64,000 nt of DNA from Rhodospirillaceae bacterium UBA4468. Its GTDB lineage: Bacteria; Pseudomonadota; Alphaproteobacteria; Rhodospirillales; Casp-alpha2. Made by a program: the position numbers and the translations under genes. Positions within the stretch are counted from its first letter, which is position 1; the number at the start of each line of letters is the position of its first letter. The notes under the pieces are model-generated. The model had not been told where the DNA came from. It ran no database searches and saw nothing but the letters and a program-made list of their open reading frames with translations. The DNA lies in assembly GCA_002389385.1 (NCBI GenBank), contig DGOK01000054.1, positions 1,258 to 65,257 of the forward strand, in the 5' to 3' direction. Positions 21,117 to 29,579 of this stretch are shown piece by piece.

Positions 21117-21634
21117 GCTGGTTGCTGGGCGAGCTTTTTCGCCTTCACGAGTTTACGCAGGATCATATTGCGTTTGAGCGCAGAGACATGGTCGACAAAC
21201 AAAATACCATCAAGATGATCGATTTCGTGCTGAATACATGTCGACAGCAACTCATCTGCTTCGATCTCGCGAATTTTATTATCTCGATCAAGGTAACGGA
21301 TTTTCACCCGGTCCGGTCGAGTCACTTCAGCAAAATGCTCGGGCAACGACAAGCATCCTTCCTCATGGATACGATCATCATCGCCAACGTCAACAATCTG
21401 AGGATTCGCCATATACATGGGTGCCGGATCTTCATCCTGACGTGCAACATCAACAACGATCACACGGCGATCATCACCAACCTGAGGTGCTGCAAGGCCA
21501 ATTCCGTTGGCGCTATACATGGTATCAAGCATATCATCCATAAGCGTGCGCACAGCATCATCAACCTTGTCGATCGATTTCGCTTTGATCTTCAGGCGCG
21601 GGTCTGGCGCAACAATGATCGGCATGACAGCCAT
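21113..21634 (-). CDS. def: peptide deformylase
   Basis: GIGLAAPQVG, EGCLSLP and HEIDHLDG metal-binding motifs. 4-nt overlap with fmt. Confidence 0.95.
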   Translation of the reverse strand: MAVMPIIVAPDPRLKIKAKSIDKVDDAVRTLMDDMLDTMYSANGIGLAAPQVGDDRRVIVVDVARQDEDPAPMYMANPQIVDVGDDDRIHEEGCLSLPEHFAEVTRPDRVKIRYLDRDNKIREIEADELLSTCIQHEIDHLDGILFVDHVSALKRNMILRKLVKAKKLAQQPA

Positions 21635-21740
21635 AATAAAATCCGTTTTTGTTCAATTGATGATAAGGAAATATGACCTTGGCATCGGATCGTCAAGAAA
21701 CGACACTCATTCTTTGTTTTGTTAGTTTGAGAATATCGAC

Positions 21741-22973
21741 ATGTGGCACGGCATTTTTGGCATCATCGCGTTCCCACTTATCGCCTGGGCGCTCAGTGAA
21801 AACCGACGTGGCGTTGACGTTAAAGCCGCTATCATCGGGATCGCGTTGCAGCTTGTACTGGCTGGCTTGTTGCTTGGTATTCCCCCGATAAAACATGCAT
21901 TTCTTGCGCTCAATAATGTAGTTTTAATTATTGTCGAAGCAACCCGCGCTGGCACATCGTTCGTGTTTGGGTACTTGGGCGGCGGACAACTTCCGTTTGA
22001 AGCAACCGGCGCTGGAACAACTTTTAATCTCGCCTTTCAGGCCTTGCCGCTGATCCTTGTCATGAGTGCCTTGGCTGCACTTTTATTCCATTGGCGCGTC
22101 CTTCCCGTCATCGTCAAAGCCGCAGCCTGGATACTGCAACGGACGCTACGCCTCGGCGGCGCGCTAGGTGTTGGTGTTGCCGCAAACGTATTCATCGGCA
22201 TGGTCGAGAGCCCGCTTCTGGTCAGGCCTTATGTAAAAGCGCTAGGACGCGGCGAACTATTCGTCCTCATGACAGCGGGCATGGCGACGGTCGCCGGGAC
22301 TGTGATGGTCCTTTATGCCAGCATCCTGGGCGACGTTATTCCAGGCGCGCTGGGACATATCCTGACCGCGTCTCTTTTGAGTGTCCCCGCGGCGATCACC
22401 ATCGCTGCCCTGATGGTACCCCTCGATGAACCAACACCAGGCGATATCGAGCTCCCAAAAGATGGAAATGCGATGGCAGCCATCACCCGTGGCACTATGG
22501 AAGGTGTCACCTTGTTAATTAATGTCATTGCCATGCTGGTTGTCGTCGTTGCTCTCGTGGCACTTTTAAATATGCTGCTGGGGCTTTTCCCAGATATTGA
22601 CGGTGGTGCACTTAGCCTCGAGCGGATACTCGGCTGGATCATGGCCCCCATTGTCTTTCTGATGGGTATCCCTTGGTCGGAAGCATCAGACGCGGGGGCG
22701 TTGATGGGTGTCAAAACTGTCTTGAACGAGTTCCTGGCCTACCTGCAGATGGCAGCACTCCCCAGCGATGTCTTATCAGACCGTAGTCGTTTGATTATGA
22801 CTTACGCGCTATGTGGCTTTGCAAACTTCGGCAGCCTTGGCATCATGATCGGCGGTCTGACGACATTATGCCCTGAGCGCCGGGACGAAATCATTGCCCT
22901 TGGTGGTCGCACAATTATCTCTGGGACACTGGTAACTTGCATGACCGGCGCTGTGGCCGGATTATTTTTTTAA
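21741..22973 (+). CDS. NupC-family (CNT) nucleoside transporter
   Basis: 410-aa polytopic protein. N-terminal ALSENRRGVDVKAAIIGIALQLVL and C-terminal TYALCGFANFGSLGI are typical of CNT transporters. Confidence 0.8.
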   Translation: MWHGIFGIIAFPLIAWALSENRRGVDVKAAIIGIALQLVLAGLLLGIPPIKHAFLALNNVVLIIVEATRAGTSFVFGYLGGGQLPFEATGAGTTFNLAFQALPLILVMSALAALLFHWRVLPVIVKAAAWILQRTLRLGGALGVGVAANVFIGMVESPLLVRPYVKALGRGELFVLMTAGMATVAGTVMVLYASILGDVIPGALGHILTASLLSVPAAITIAALMVPLDEPTPGDIELPKDGNAMAAITRGTMEGVTLLINVIAMLVVVVALVALLNMLLGLFPDIDGGALSLERILGWIMAPIVFLMGIPWSEASDAGALMGVKTVLNEFLAYLQMAALPSDVLSDRSRLIMTYALCGFANFGSLGIMIGGLTTLCPERRDEIIALGGRTIISGTLVTCMTGAVAGLFF

Positions 22974-22975
22974 TC

Positions 22976-24370
22976 CTATCGCCTGACCCGGACACGGTAA
23001 GTCAAATCCATTTGCCCATTTTCTGGAACTGACACATCCCAGGTTGCAGAAATGCCATCACGTCGATGGGTCATATTTTCAGAGAGAATCTCCCAATCAC
23101 CTGGGATTTCTTCCGTAACCTTTACAACTGATGTCGATGTACCACCGTTGCGAAAAGTAAGCGTGAATGCGGTCTCGGTGGTTCTGTCACCTGTTCGCTT
23201 AAAATCTGTCTGTTGGCGCTTAACTGTAACATCGAATGCGCGCCCAAGGTCCAGTGACACTTCGTTGCCAACAGCCGTATTGTTAATGCGGTCCTCGCCA
23301 ATAAACCTTAAAGCCCCTTCGCTGTCGTGCACATATGCACGCAACACACCGGCAGGCAGCGGCACCCCAAGTTTGCTGTCGGTGTTATTTAAAAACTTCA
23401 CGCGCTGGCGAACAGGCTGTGGTCTTTGCGTCCCTCGCACCGGACCAAACACGGGCGCGCCACTACGATATTCCAATACGCGCTCTGACTTAACGCCTTT
23501 CGCATCTAAAAGCCTGAGTTGACGAGTCTCCTTATTGCGCAGCGTCACACGACCTGGCATCGAATACATATGAAAGGCGGAGAGTTCACTTCTAGGCGCG
23601 TTGAAACTGCTAGAATCAGATGTTGCCATTGCCTCAGCGCGCATCAAAATCTTTCCACGCGGGGCCGGGCTTTCGCGGCGCACATCGCCAGCAACCAGCG
23701 ACACATCAGCATTCGCAAAATCAACGCCCGCATTATTTGTTACCTTGGCCCAGGCATTTAGATCAAGTTGATCGTGCTTAGGCGTCAATACCGCCGTATA
23801 GACAGCATTCCAGGTGACACCGCTGGTTAAGTAAGCCATTTGCGCATCAATTGGGGCCTTAAGGCTCTCTGCGAACGTCAATGAAAGTGTCGGTGTTGCA
23901 TTCAGGTCCGCCGGGACATCATTAAATACAATACGGCCGGGAGGATTCGTTTCGATACGCCCGCCAACACGCAGGACAAGACCACCTGCGATACTCAGAA
24001 CTTCTGCCTGTTCGATTGTTTCCGCACCTGTCGCTGGATTGACCCGCACCAGTTGAACGGTTTTACCAAGCGACCGCGCGAGGAGCGTTTGACGGTTAAG
24101 TATATCCGAATCAAGGGCGATTTCATGCAAGGCAGGCCCATTGTTTAATGTTAGACGGACACTGTCGGTGATTATCATAGGACCGACACGGTCCAGCCTG
24201 ACGGTTTTCTGCCCCTTGCCATCCAGTTTCCTGACTTCATCAACCAAGGCGAGCCCATTTGCATAAATAGTGAGGCGTGGCCCCATTTTTGAGATGTCTT
24301 GCGCAATCGCGGTATGCGTCAATGATACAGCGAGCGTAAAGACTGAGATGATTGATATGGCACGAAACAT
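22976..24370 (-). CDS. secreted protein, possibly DUF4139 family
   Basis: 464 aa. Cleavable signal peptide (SLTHTAIAQD), beta-rich, ends LTYRVRVRR. Family assignment from memory only. Confidence 0.55.
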   Translation of the reverse strand: MFRAISIISVFTLAVSLTHTAIAQDISKMGPRLTIYANGLALVDEVRKLDGKGQKTVRLDRVGPMIITDSVRLTLNNGPALHEIALDSDILNRQTLLARSLGKTVQLVRVNPATGAETIEQAEVLSIAGGLVLRVGGRIETNPPGRIVFNDVPADLNATPTLSLTFAESLKAPIDAQMAYLTSGVTWNAVYTAVLTPKHDQLDLNAWAKVTNNAGVDFANADVSLVAGDVRRESPAPRGKILMRAEAMATSDSSSFNAPRSELSAFHMYSMPGRVTLRNKETRQLRLLDAKGVKSERVLEYRSGAPVFGPVRGTQRPQPVRQRVKFLNNTDSKLGVPLPAGVLRAYVHDSEGALRFIGEDRINNTAVGNEVSLDLGRAFDVTVKRQQTDFKRTGDRTTETAFTLTFRNGGTSTSVVKVTEEIPGDWEILSENMTHRRDGISATWDVSVPENGQMDLTYRVRVRR

Positions 24371-24473
24371 AGGTATTTATCCTCTGAGCTATCGTTCAAG
24401 TGCACAGACGTTTGCGTCATCGTCTATGCTCGGGCAAGCTTTTCGCACATGATTTTGACGAAAGAGAGGCAAC

Positions 24474-25568
24474 GTGCAAGTCGACGTACAAACCCTGATT
24501 ATTTTAGCAGCTCTCGGTGCTACACTTTTGGTCGTCATTCTCGCAATGACCCGGGGTTCGCGTGAACGCGCTGAACAAGGGGCGAAGATGCAACAGTTGG
24601 GTGAGATTGCCCAAAATCTGGCCCATGCACAGACCAGCCTTGCGGGTCGCATGGAACAAGCACAGGCAGATTCTAATCAACGGCTAGATAGTTTATCCAA
24701 GCGACTTGGTGACGGTCTAACACAACAAACCGCGACGACGGGACAAACCTTGAAGGTCCTGCACGAGCGGTTGGCGGTTATTGATACGGCGCAGAAAAAC
24801 ATTACAGACCTTTCGCAGCAAATGGTTGGCTTGCAGGACATATTATCGAACAAGCAAGCACGCGGCGCATTTGGCGAAATCCAACTCAACGATCTCGTCA
24901 TCTCTGCGCTTCCCGCATCGGCTTATGAGATGCAAGTGACACTATCGAATGGCAAGCGCGTGGATTGCTTACTCAAGCTGCCAAATCCCCCGGGCTCGAT
25001 TGCGATCGACAGCAAGTTCCCATTAGAAAGCTATGAAGCGCTTAGGAATGCTGAGACAGATGCAGAAAAAACTCAGGCTGGGCGCGCATTCTCTTCGGCA
25101 GTTCTAAAACACGTAAAAGATATCTCCGAGCGTTACATCTTGCCCGGCGAAACGTCAGAAAGCGCATTGATGTTTCTTCCCAGCGAAGCTGTTTACGCTG
25201 AACTGCATGCAAATTTTAGAAACGTTGTCGAAGAGGGCTTTCGTAGACGTGTCTGGATTGTCTCGCCAACAACCTTGATGGCGACGCTGAATACAGTCCG
25301 CGCAATCCTCCGTGATGTGCATATGCGGGAACAAGCTGATGTGATCCAAGATGAGGTCAGGAAGATGCTCGAAGATGTGGGCAGGCTTGATGACCGGGTC
25401 GACAAATTGCAAACCCATTTTGATCAGGCCCATCGTGACATACGTGATATAAGAATATCAACAGACAAGGTCACTAAACGTGGCTCACGTATTGATGCCC
25501 TGCAACTTGGTGAAGATGAAGAAAGCCCAGACAAATTGCTTGCCCCTGCAAAGACAACTGCTTCTTAA
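24474..25568 (+). CDS. rmuC: DNA recombination protein RmuC
   Basis: GTG start after the SD AGAGAGG. N-terminal TM segment, long coiled coil, and a C-terminal nuclease-like core (VDCLLKLP...IAIDSKFPLESY ... FLPSEAVY). Confidence 0.85.
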   Translation: MQVDVQTLIILAALGATLLVVILAMTRGSRERAEQGAKMQQLGEIAQNLAHAQTSLAGRMEQAQADSNQRLDSLSKRLGDGLTQQTATTGQTLKVLHERLAVIDTAQKNITDLSQQMVGLQDILSNKQARGAFGEIQLNDLVISALPASAYEMQVTLSNGKRVDCLLKLPNPPGSIAIDSKFPLESYEALRNAETDAEKTQAGRAFSSAVLKHVKDISERYILPGETSESALMFLPSEAVYAELHANFRNVVEEGFRRRVWIVSPTTLMATLNTVRAILRDVHMREQADVIQDEVRKMLEDVGRLDDRVDKLQTHFDQAHRDIRDIRISTDKVTKRGSRIDALQLGEDEESPDKLLAPAKTTAS

Positions 25569-25595
25569 TAAAAGAAGAAGACGCCTGGAAAGTTA

Positions 25596-26867
25596 ATGGA
25601 CACAAAAGAGCTTAAAAAAATTCTTCGCGACCACGCGATGTTCATATCTGGTTCTGATGGCGGTCGAGGTGCGGATATTCGGCTCAAAGATTTGCGCAAG
25701 CTCAACCTCGACAATATCAACCTCAAAGAAGCTGTGCTCACAGGGTGCAATTTCTCTGAAGGCTCATTCATTAATGCTAACCTTAGAGGTGCGGATTTAT
25801 ATGGCTGCACTTTATCTGGTGCCAATCTGACAAATGCAAAGTTGGACCGTGCCGACATGCGCGGTGCATTACTTGATGGTGCAAACCTCGAGAATGCGTC
25901 CATGGTCGAAGTCGATTTGCGGCGAGGACAGATCGCAGAAGTTGGCTGGAAGCTGAGGGGTGCGAAGCTCTCTACCGAAGAAAAGGAACGGGGAGAAGAA
26001 TTAAAAGAGAATATCGGCAATACTGATTTATCAAATGCAAAGGCTCAAAGTGCAGACCTCCAAGCAGCAGACCTTCAGTCCGCAAATTTTGAAAATGCTA
26101 ATCTTTCCAAGGCGAATTTAACCAGGGCAAAACTTGGCGATGCCATGTTGAAGGGTGCTAATCTCAGCGAAACCAACCTCAGCGAGGCAAACCTGCAATC
26201 CGCTGTGTTAGACGGTGCCAACATGCGCGGTGCCATCTTGAATGCCACAAATATGGCCCACGCAAGCGTTGAAAATATTGTGGTGCCTGAATCATTATCT
26301 CACCTCGACGAAACAATCCGAAGCCGCATGGTGAAACATCATATCTGGATCCGAACCAATGGTGCCGAAGGCAGGCCTGCAGATTTACATAGCGTGGATT
26401 TGATCGACATTAATCTCCGTGGTGTCAATCTAAGCGGCATGAACATGAAGAACGCCAACCTTCATTCGGTTAATTTCAGCGATACCATCTGCATGTTCAC
26501 TTTTTTTCAAAATTCCAACCTTAATAACTCGAGCTTCCAGAATGCTGACTTGGATGCCACCAATTTTAAAAAATGCGTCTTAAAAAATACTGATTTAAGG
26601 CGGGCAAATTTCTGACCCATTGAAGTCCATAGTCCGGAAGGTAAGAAAACAGGTCAGCTGTGGAGTCCCAGTCTTGCCAGCGCAATCATGACTGACAGTG
26701 ATATGAGCGATGCGTGTCTTAAACAAGTTAACCTTAAGGGCACTGATTTTGGCGGCGTTAACGTCACAGGAACTAAATTCGTTGGATGCGATATGGATGA
26801 TGGTGTTGCTGAAAAGCTGACGGAGCAAGGAGTTACAGTTGAGCCTCTTCCAGCCCCTGCGACTTAG
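25596..26867 (+). pseudogene. pentapeptide-repeat protein with in-frame TGA at 26613..26615
   Basis: A 339-aa ORF of A(D/N)LxX repeats ends at TGA. The next 83 in-frame codons up to TAG at 26865 are stop-free and keep the 5-residue periodicity (SDMSD ACLKQ VNLKG TDFGG VNVTG TKFVG CDMDD). Confidence 0.7.
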
Positions 26868-26905
26868 TGTGTTGTTCTGATCCATAGAACGAGGAACGCG
26901 AATAC

Positions 26906-27205
26906 ATGAACACAGATGCCCGCCATTTTAATCGAAAATCCACAGAACTTAGTGGCCTCGTATCCAGTCCAACCGATCCTAATATTGATCTCACATGTGA
27001 GATCATCGATTTGTCGGCTGGTGGCGCTAAATTAAACATCAGCAAGGCTGGGACACTCGCTGGCGAAATCGCACTGAAAATCGGCGATCTAGGCCCTTAC
27101 CGTGCAGACGTCGTCTGGTCACGTCCTCCGCACATGGGTGTAAAGTTTCGGGTTTCCCCAGAAGTGATGGCATATGTCGTCATGGCCGTGGCGTTATACC
27201 GCTAG
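26906..27205 (+). CDS. PilZ-domain protein (single domain)
   Basis: 99 aa. c-di-GMP binding signatures RHFNR and DLSAGG. SD GAGGAA lies upstream. Confidence 0.75.
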   Translation: MNTDARHFNRKSTELSGLVSSPTDPNIDLTCEIIDLSAGGAKLNISKAGTLAGEIALKIGDLGPYRADVVWSRPPHMGVKFRVSPEVMAYVVMAVALYR

Positions 27206-27795
27206 ACTGGCCTTCGATCTCGAAGCGCTGCTGATATCGTCCCATCGTCCAGATAGTCTAGTTCACCGCCTACCGGCACACCGTGCGCAAGCCCAGAGAC
27301 TTTCACGCCTTTTTCACGCAATCGGTCGGCAATATAGTGTGCCGTTGTCTGGCCATCTACTGTGGCACTGGTGGCAAGGATCACTTCTTTCAATGTTCCA
27401 TCAGCCGCGCGCGCCACTAGGCTTGGAATATTCAATTCATCAGGGCCGACACCGTCCAGCGCGGATAGTGTTCCACCCAGAACATGATAATGGCCTTTGA
27501 AACTTGATGTGCGTTCAAGCGCCCACAAGTCAGCAACATCCTCGACAACGCAAAGTGTTGTCCTATCGCGTTTTGGACTGTTGCAGATGCCACATGGGTC
27601 ATGGGTATCAAGATTGCCGCAGATTGAGCACGCGCGCACACGTTCACCCGCCTCATTAAGGGCTGCAGCCAATGGCTGGAGAAGCCCCTCACGGCGCTTG
27701 AGCAGTTGCAAGACTGCGCGTCTTGCTGACCTTGGCCCTAACCCTGGCAGCTTCGCCAAGAGTTGAACCAGTCGTTCTATTTCACGTTCGGCCAC
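27202..27795 (-). CDS. recR: recombination protein RecR
   Basis: Hh[12 protein letters not shown], zinc finger [16 protein letters not shown], and a Toprim domain. Start moved to the GTG at 27795 (SD GAGG, 8 nt after the ybaB stop), giving 197 aa. Confidence 0.9.
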   Translation of the reverse strand: MAEREIERLVQLLAKLPGLGPRSARRAVLQLLKRREGLLQPLAAALNEAGERVRACSICGNLDTHDPCGICNSPKRDRTTLCVVEDVADLWALERTSSFKGHYHVLGGTLSALDGVGPDELNIPSLVARAADGTLKEVILATSATVDGQTTAHYIADRLREKGVKVSGLAHGVPVGGELDYLDDGTISAALRDRRPV

Positions 27796-27802
27796 TGGAA
27801 CC

Positions 27803-28126
27803 TCAGAAAGGCAGTTGCATACCAGGTGGCAAAGATAAGCCACCGGTGATTTCCTTCATTTTTTCACGGGACGCTTCATCTGATTTGGCGCGCGCATCAT
27901 TAATTGCAGCCACGATCAAATCTTCCAAAACTTCTGCGTCTTCAGGCTTAACAAGAGCCGGGTCGATTAATACTTTTTTTGCTTCGCCTTTGCCGTTCAA
28001 GGTTACCTGGCACATACCGCCGCCAGACCTGCCGACGACTTCCATCGCAGCAAGCTCTTCCTGCATATTGGCCATCTTTTGTTGAACTTCTTGGGCTTGC
28101 TTCATCATTTGACCGAGGTTTTTCAT
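27803..28126 (-). CDS. ybaB: nucleoid-associated protein YbaB/EbfC
   Basis: 107 aa from [18 protein letters not shown]. Conserved dnaX-ybaB-recR order. Confidence 0.9.
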   Translation of the reverse strand: MKNLGQMMKQAQEVQQKMANMQEELAAMEVVGRSGGGMCQVTLNGKGEAKKVLIDPALVKPEDAEVLEDLIVAAINDARAKSDEASREKMKEITGGLSLPPGMQLPF

Positions 28127-28187
28127 CGTCGGAAATACTCCACTGCTGTACTGGGAATCTATTGCAAAGCCTTGTATAACATTTGGC

Positions 28188-29021
28188 ATGCTGCATCAAA
28201 ACCTGTTCGTATTCGATATTGAAACTGTACCAGATACAGACGTCGCGCCAAACCTTACTGGCGAAACGTCACCTGATGTCCAGGTTCGACGCGAAGCCAT
28301 TGAGCAATATCATCTTGGCGTTACAGATGGGCGAAATAGTTTCCCACGGCAACCTTTCCATAAAGTCGTAGCTATATCTTTCCTTGAAGCTGAAATTGAA
28401 CGTGACGGCGGATCAGAGGGCTATATTCTGCGTGATCTCAGATCTGGCGGTGAAGCCGGATATGATGAGGCGAAACTGCTGCAAGGTTTTTTCACCTATC
28501 TGGATCGCATGAAGCCTCGGCTGGTCAGTTACAACGGACGCAGCTTTGATCTGCCTGTCTTGAAATACAGGGCCATGGTGCATGGGATTTCATCACCGTG
28601 GCTCCACAAATCTGGCGATAAATGGAATAGCTACGGATATCGGTATGCCACGGATTGGCATTGTGACCTGCTCGAGGTGTTGTCGGATTATGGCGCGTCT
28701 GCGCGGGTGAAATTGAACGAAGTCTGCGCAGCGTTTGGCTTCGCCGGGAAATTTGGTATTGATGGCTCAAACGTCGCCGACTTAATTGATCAAGGCCGCG
28801 TCGATGACGTTCGCCATTATTGTGAGACCGATGTGCTCAATACTTATCTGGTGTATCTGCGCTGGCAGTTACACTCAGGCACCCTTAATCAAACGGGCTA
28901 TAACGCGTCTGTTGCAGAGCTCATCACGTTCATTGATGCAGAAAAAGAAGCCCGGCCTTATCTTGGTGAATTTATGGATGCTTGGGGCGAAGCATCTAAC
29001 AATAAATTTCTGATCGAATAA
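28188..29021 (+). CDS. predicted 3'-5' exonuclease, RNase H fold (PolB exonuclease-domain-like)
   Basis: 277 aa. Exo I-like FVFDIETVPD near the N-terminus, later YNGRSFDLPVL and HYCETDVLNTYLVY. Confidence 0.65.
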   Translation: MLHQNLFVFDIETVPDTDVAPNLTGETSPDVQVRREAIEQYHLGVTDGRNSFPRQPFHKVVAISFLEAEIERDGGSEGYILRDLRSGGEAGYDEAKLLQGFFTYLDRMKPRLVSYNGRSFDLPVLKYRAMVHGISSPWLHKSGDKWNSYGYRYATDWHCDLLEVLSDYGASARVKLNEVCAAFGFAGKFGIDGSNVADLIDQGRVDDVRHYCETDVLNTYLVYLRWQLHSGTLNQTGYNASVAELITFIDAEKEARPYLGEFMDAWGEASNNKFLIE

Positions 29022-29579
29022 TTACGCGAAGTAGTTATCCAGATCGATATCAACATCGACAAAGTCTTTAATCGTCTGTTGAACATCATCATAGAAACCA
29101 ACGCTTAGAATACGATCGATAGCATTTGTTCCCAGATCCGAATGACACGACATGCGGAGCATAGCTTCATATTTTTTATCCCAAGACTTTTCACCTAAGC
29201 AGGCAACAAAAAGACTTGGCTCACGGTAATCCACAATCCACTGATATTGGCTTTCAGAATAGCTCGCATGCCGCAGTGGTGCCAATTGGCTAACCCACCT
29301 GCCTGTCATATCCGTTGCATTAAAGCTGGCCACGCGTGTTCCCCAATATCGCTACGTGCCAAAGCCAGGCTCAAGGTCAACATCCAGCAGAATCATACGT
29401 GGCAAAATCCGCGGGTCAAAATCCAAAAAGTTGAGATGACCCCATACGGGCAGCCCATCATCAGGACGCTTTGCTTCCCAAAAAGCCAATGCCTCACATA
29501 AGTCGGCAATGCGCATATGCTTCAAATCAACTCGGTAGAAATCAGGGGTTTTGCCAAGCTGGCCGTCGTCGGGAGTCAA
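29022..29579 (-). pseudogene. PAS_5 (DUF1457)-like protein with in-frame TAG at 29352..29354
   Basis: A 75-aa ORF (…FDPRILPRMILLDVDLEPGFGT) and a 103-aa ORF starting at GTG are in the same frame. Reading across gives FGT*RYWGTRVASFNATDMTGRW, which matches the family core pattern f.yR..Gt......d.tGr. The TTG start overlaps the dnaX stop. Confidence 0.65.

Noticed and set aside
22956-22975. Palindrome GGATTA-T7-TAATCC between the convergent nupC-family and secreted-protein genes, as a bidirectional terminator.
   Set aside because: The stem is only 6 bp and AT-rich, and it overlaps both stop codons. Stability is probably too low, so it is not listed as a feature.
26613-26615. The in-frame TGA of the pentapeptide gene as a selenocysteine codon.
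   Set aside because: I could not fold a SECIS-like hairpin immediately downstream. Pentapeptide-repeat proteins are not known selenoproteins. The repeat position is not one where Cys is expected. TAA and TAG interruptions occur in similar genes nearby.
1910-29579. Alternative genetic code or global stop-codon reassignment as the explanation for the in-frame stops.
   Set aside because: All three stop codons are involved, and each also terminates clearly complete housekeeping genes in this window at the expected C-termini (for example TAA for rpmH and ggt, TGA for trpB and dnaX, TAG for yidC and the K+ channel).
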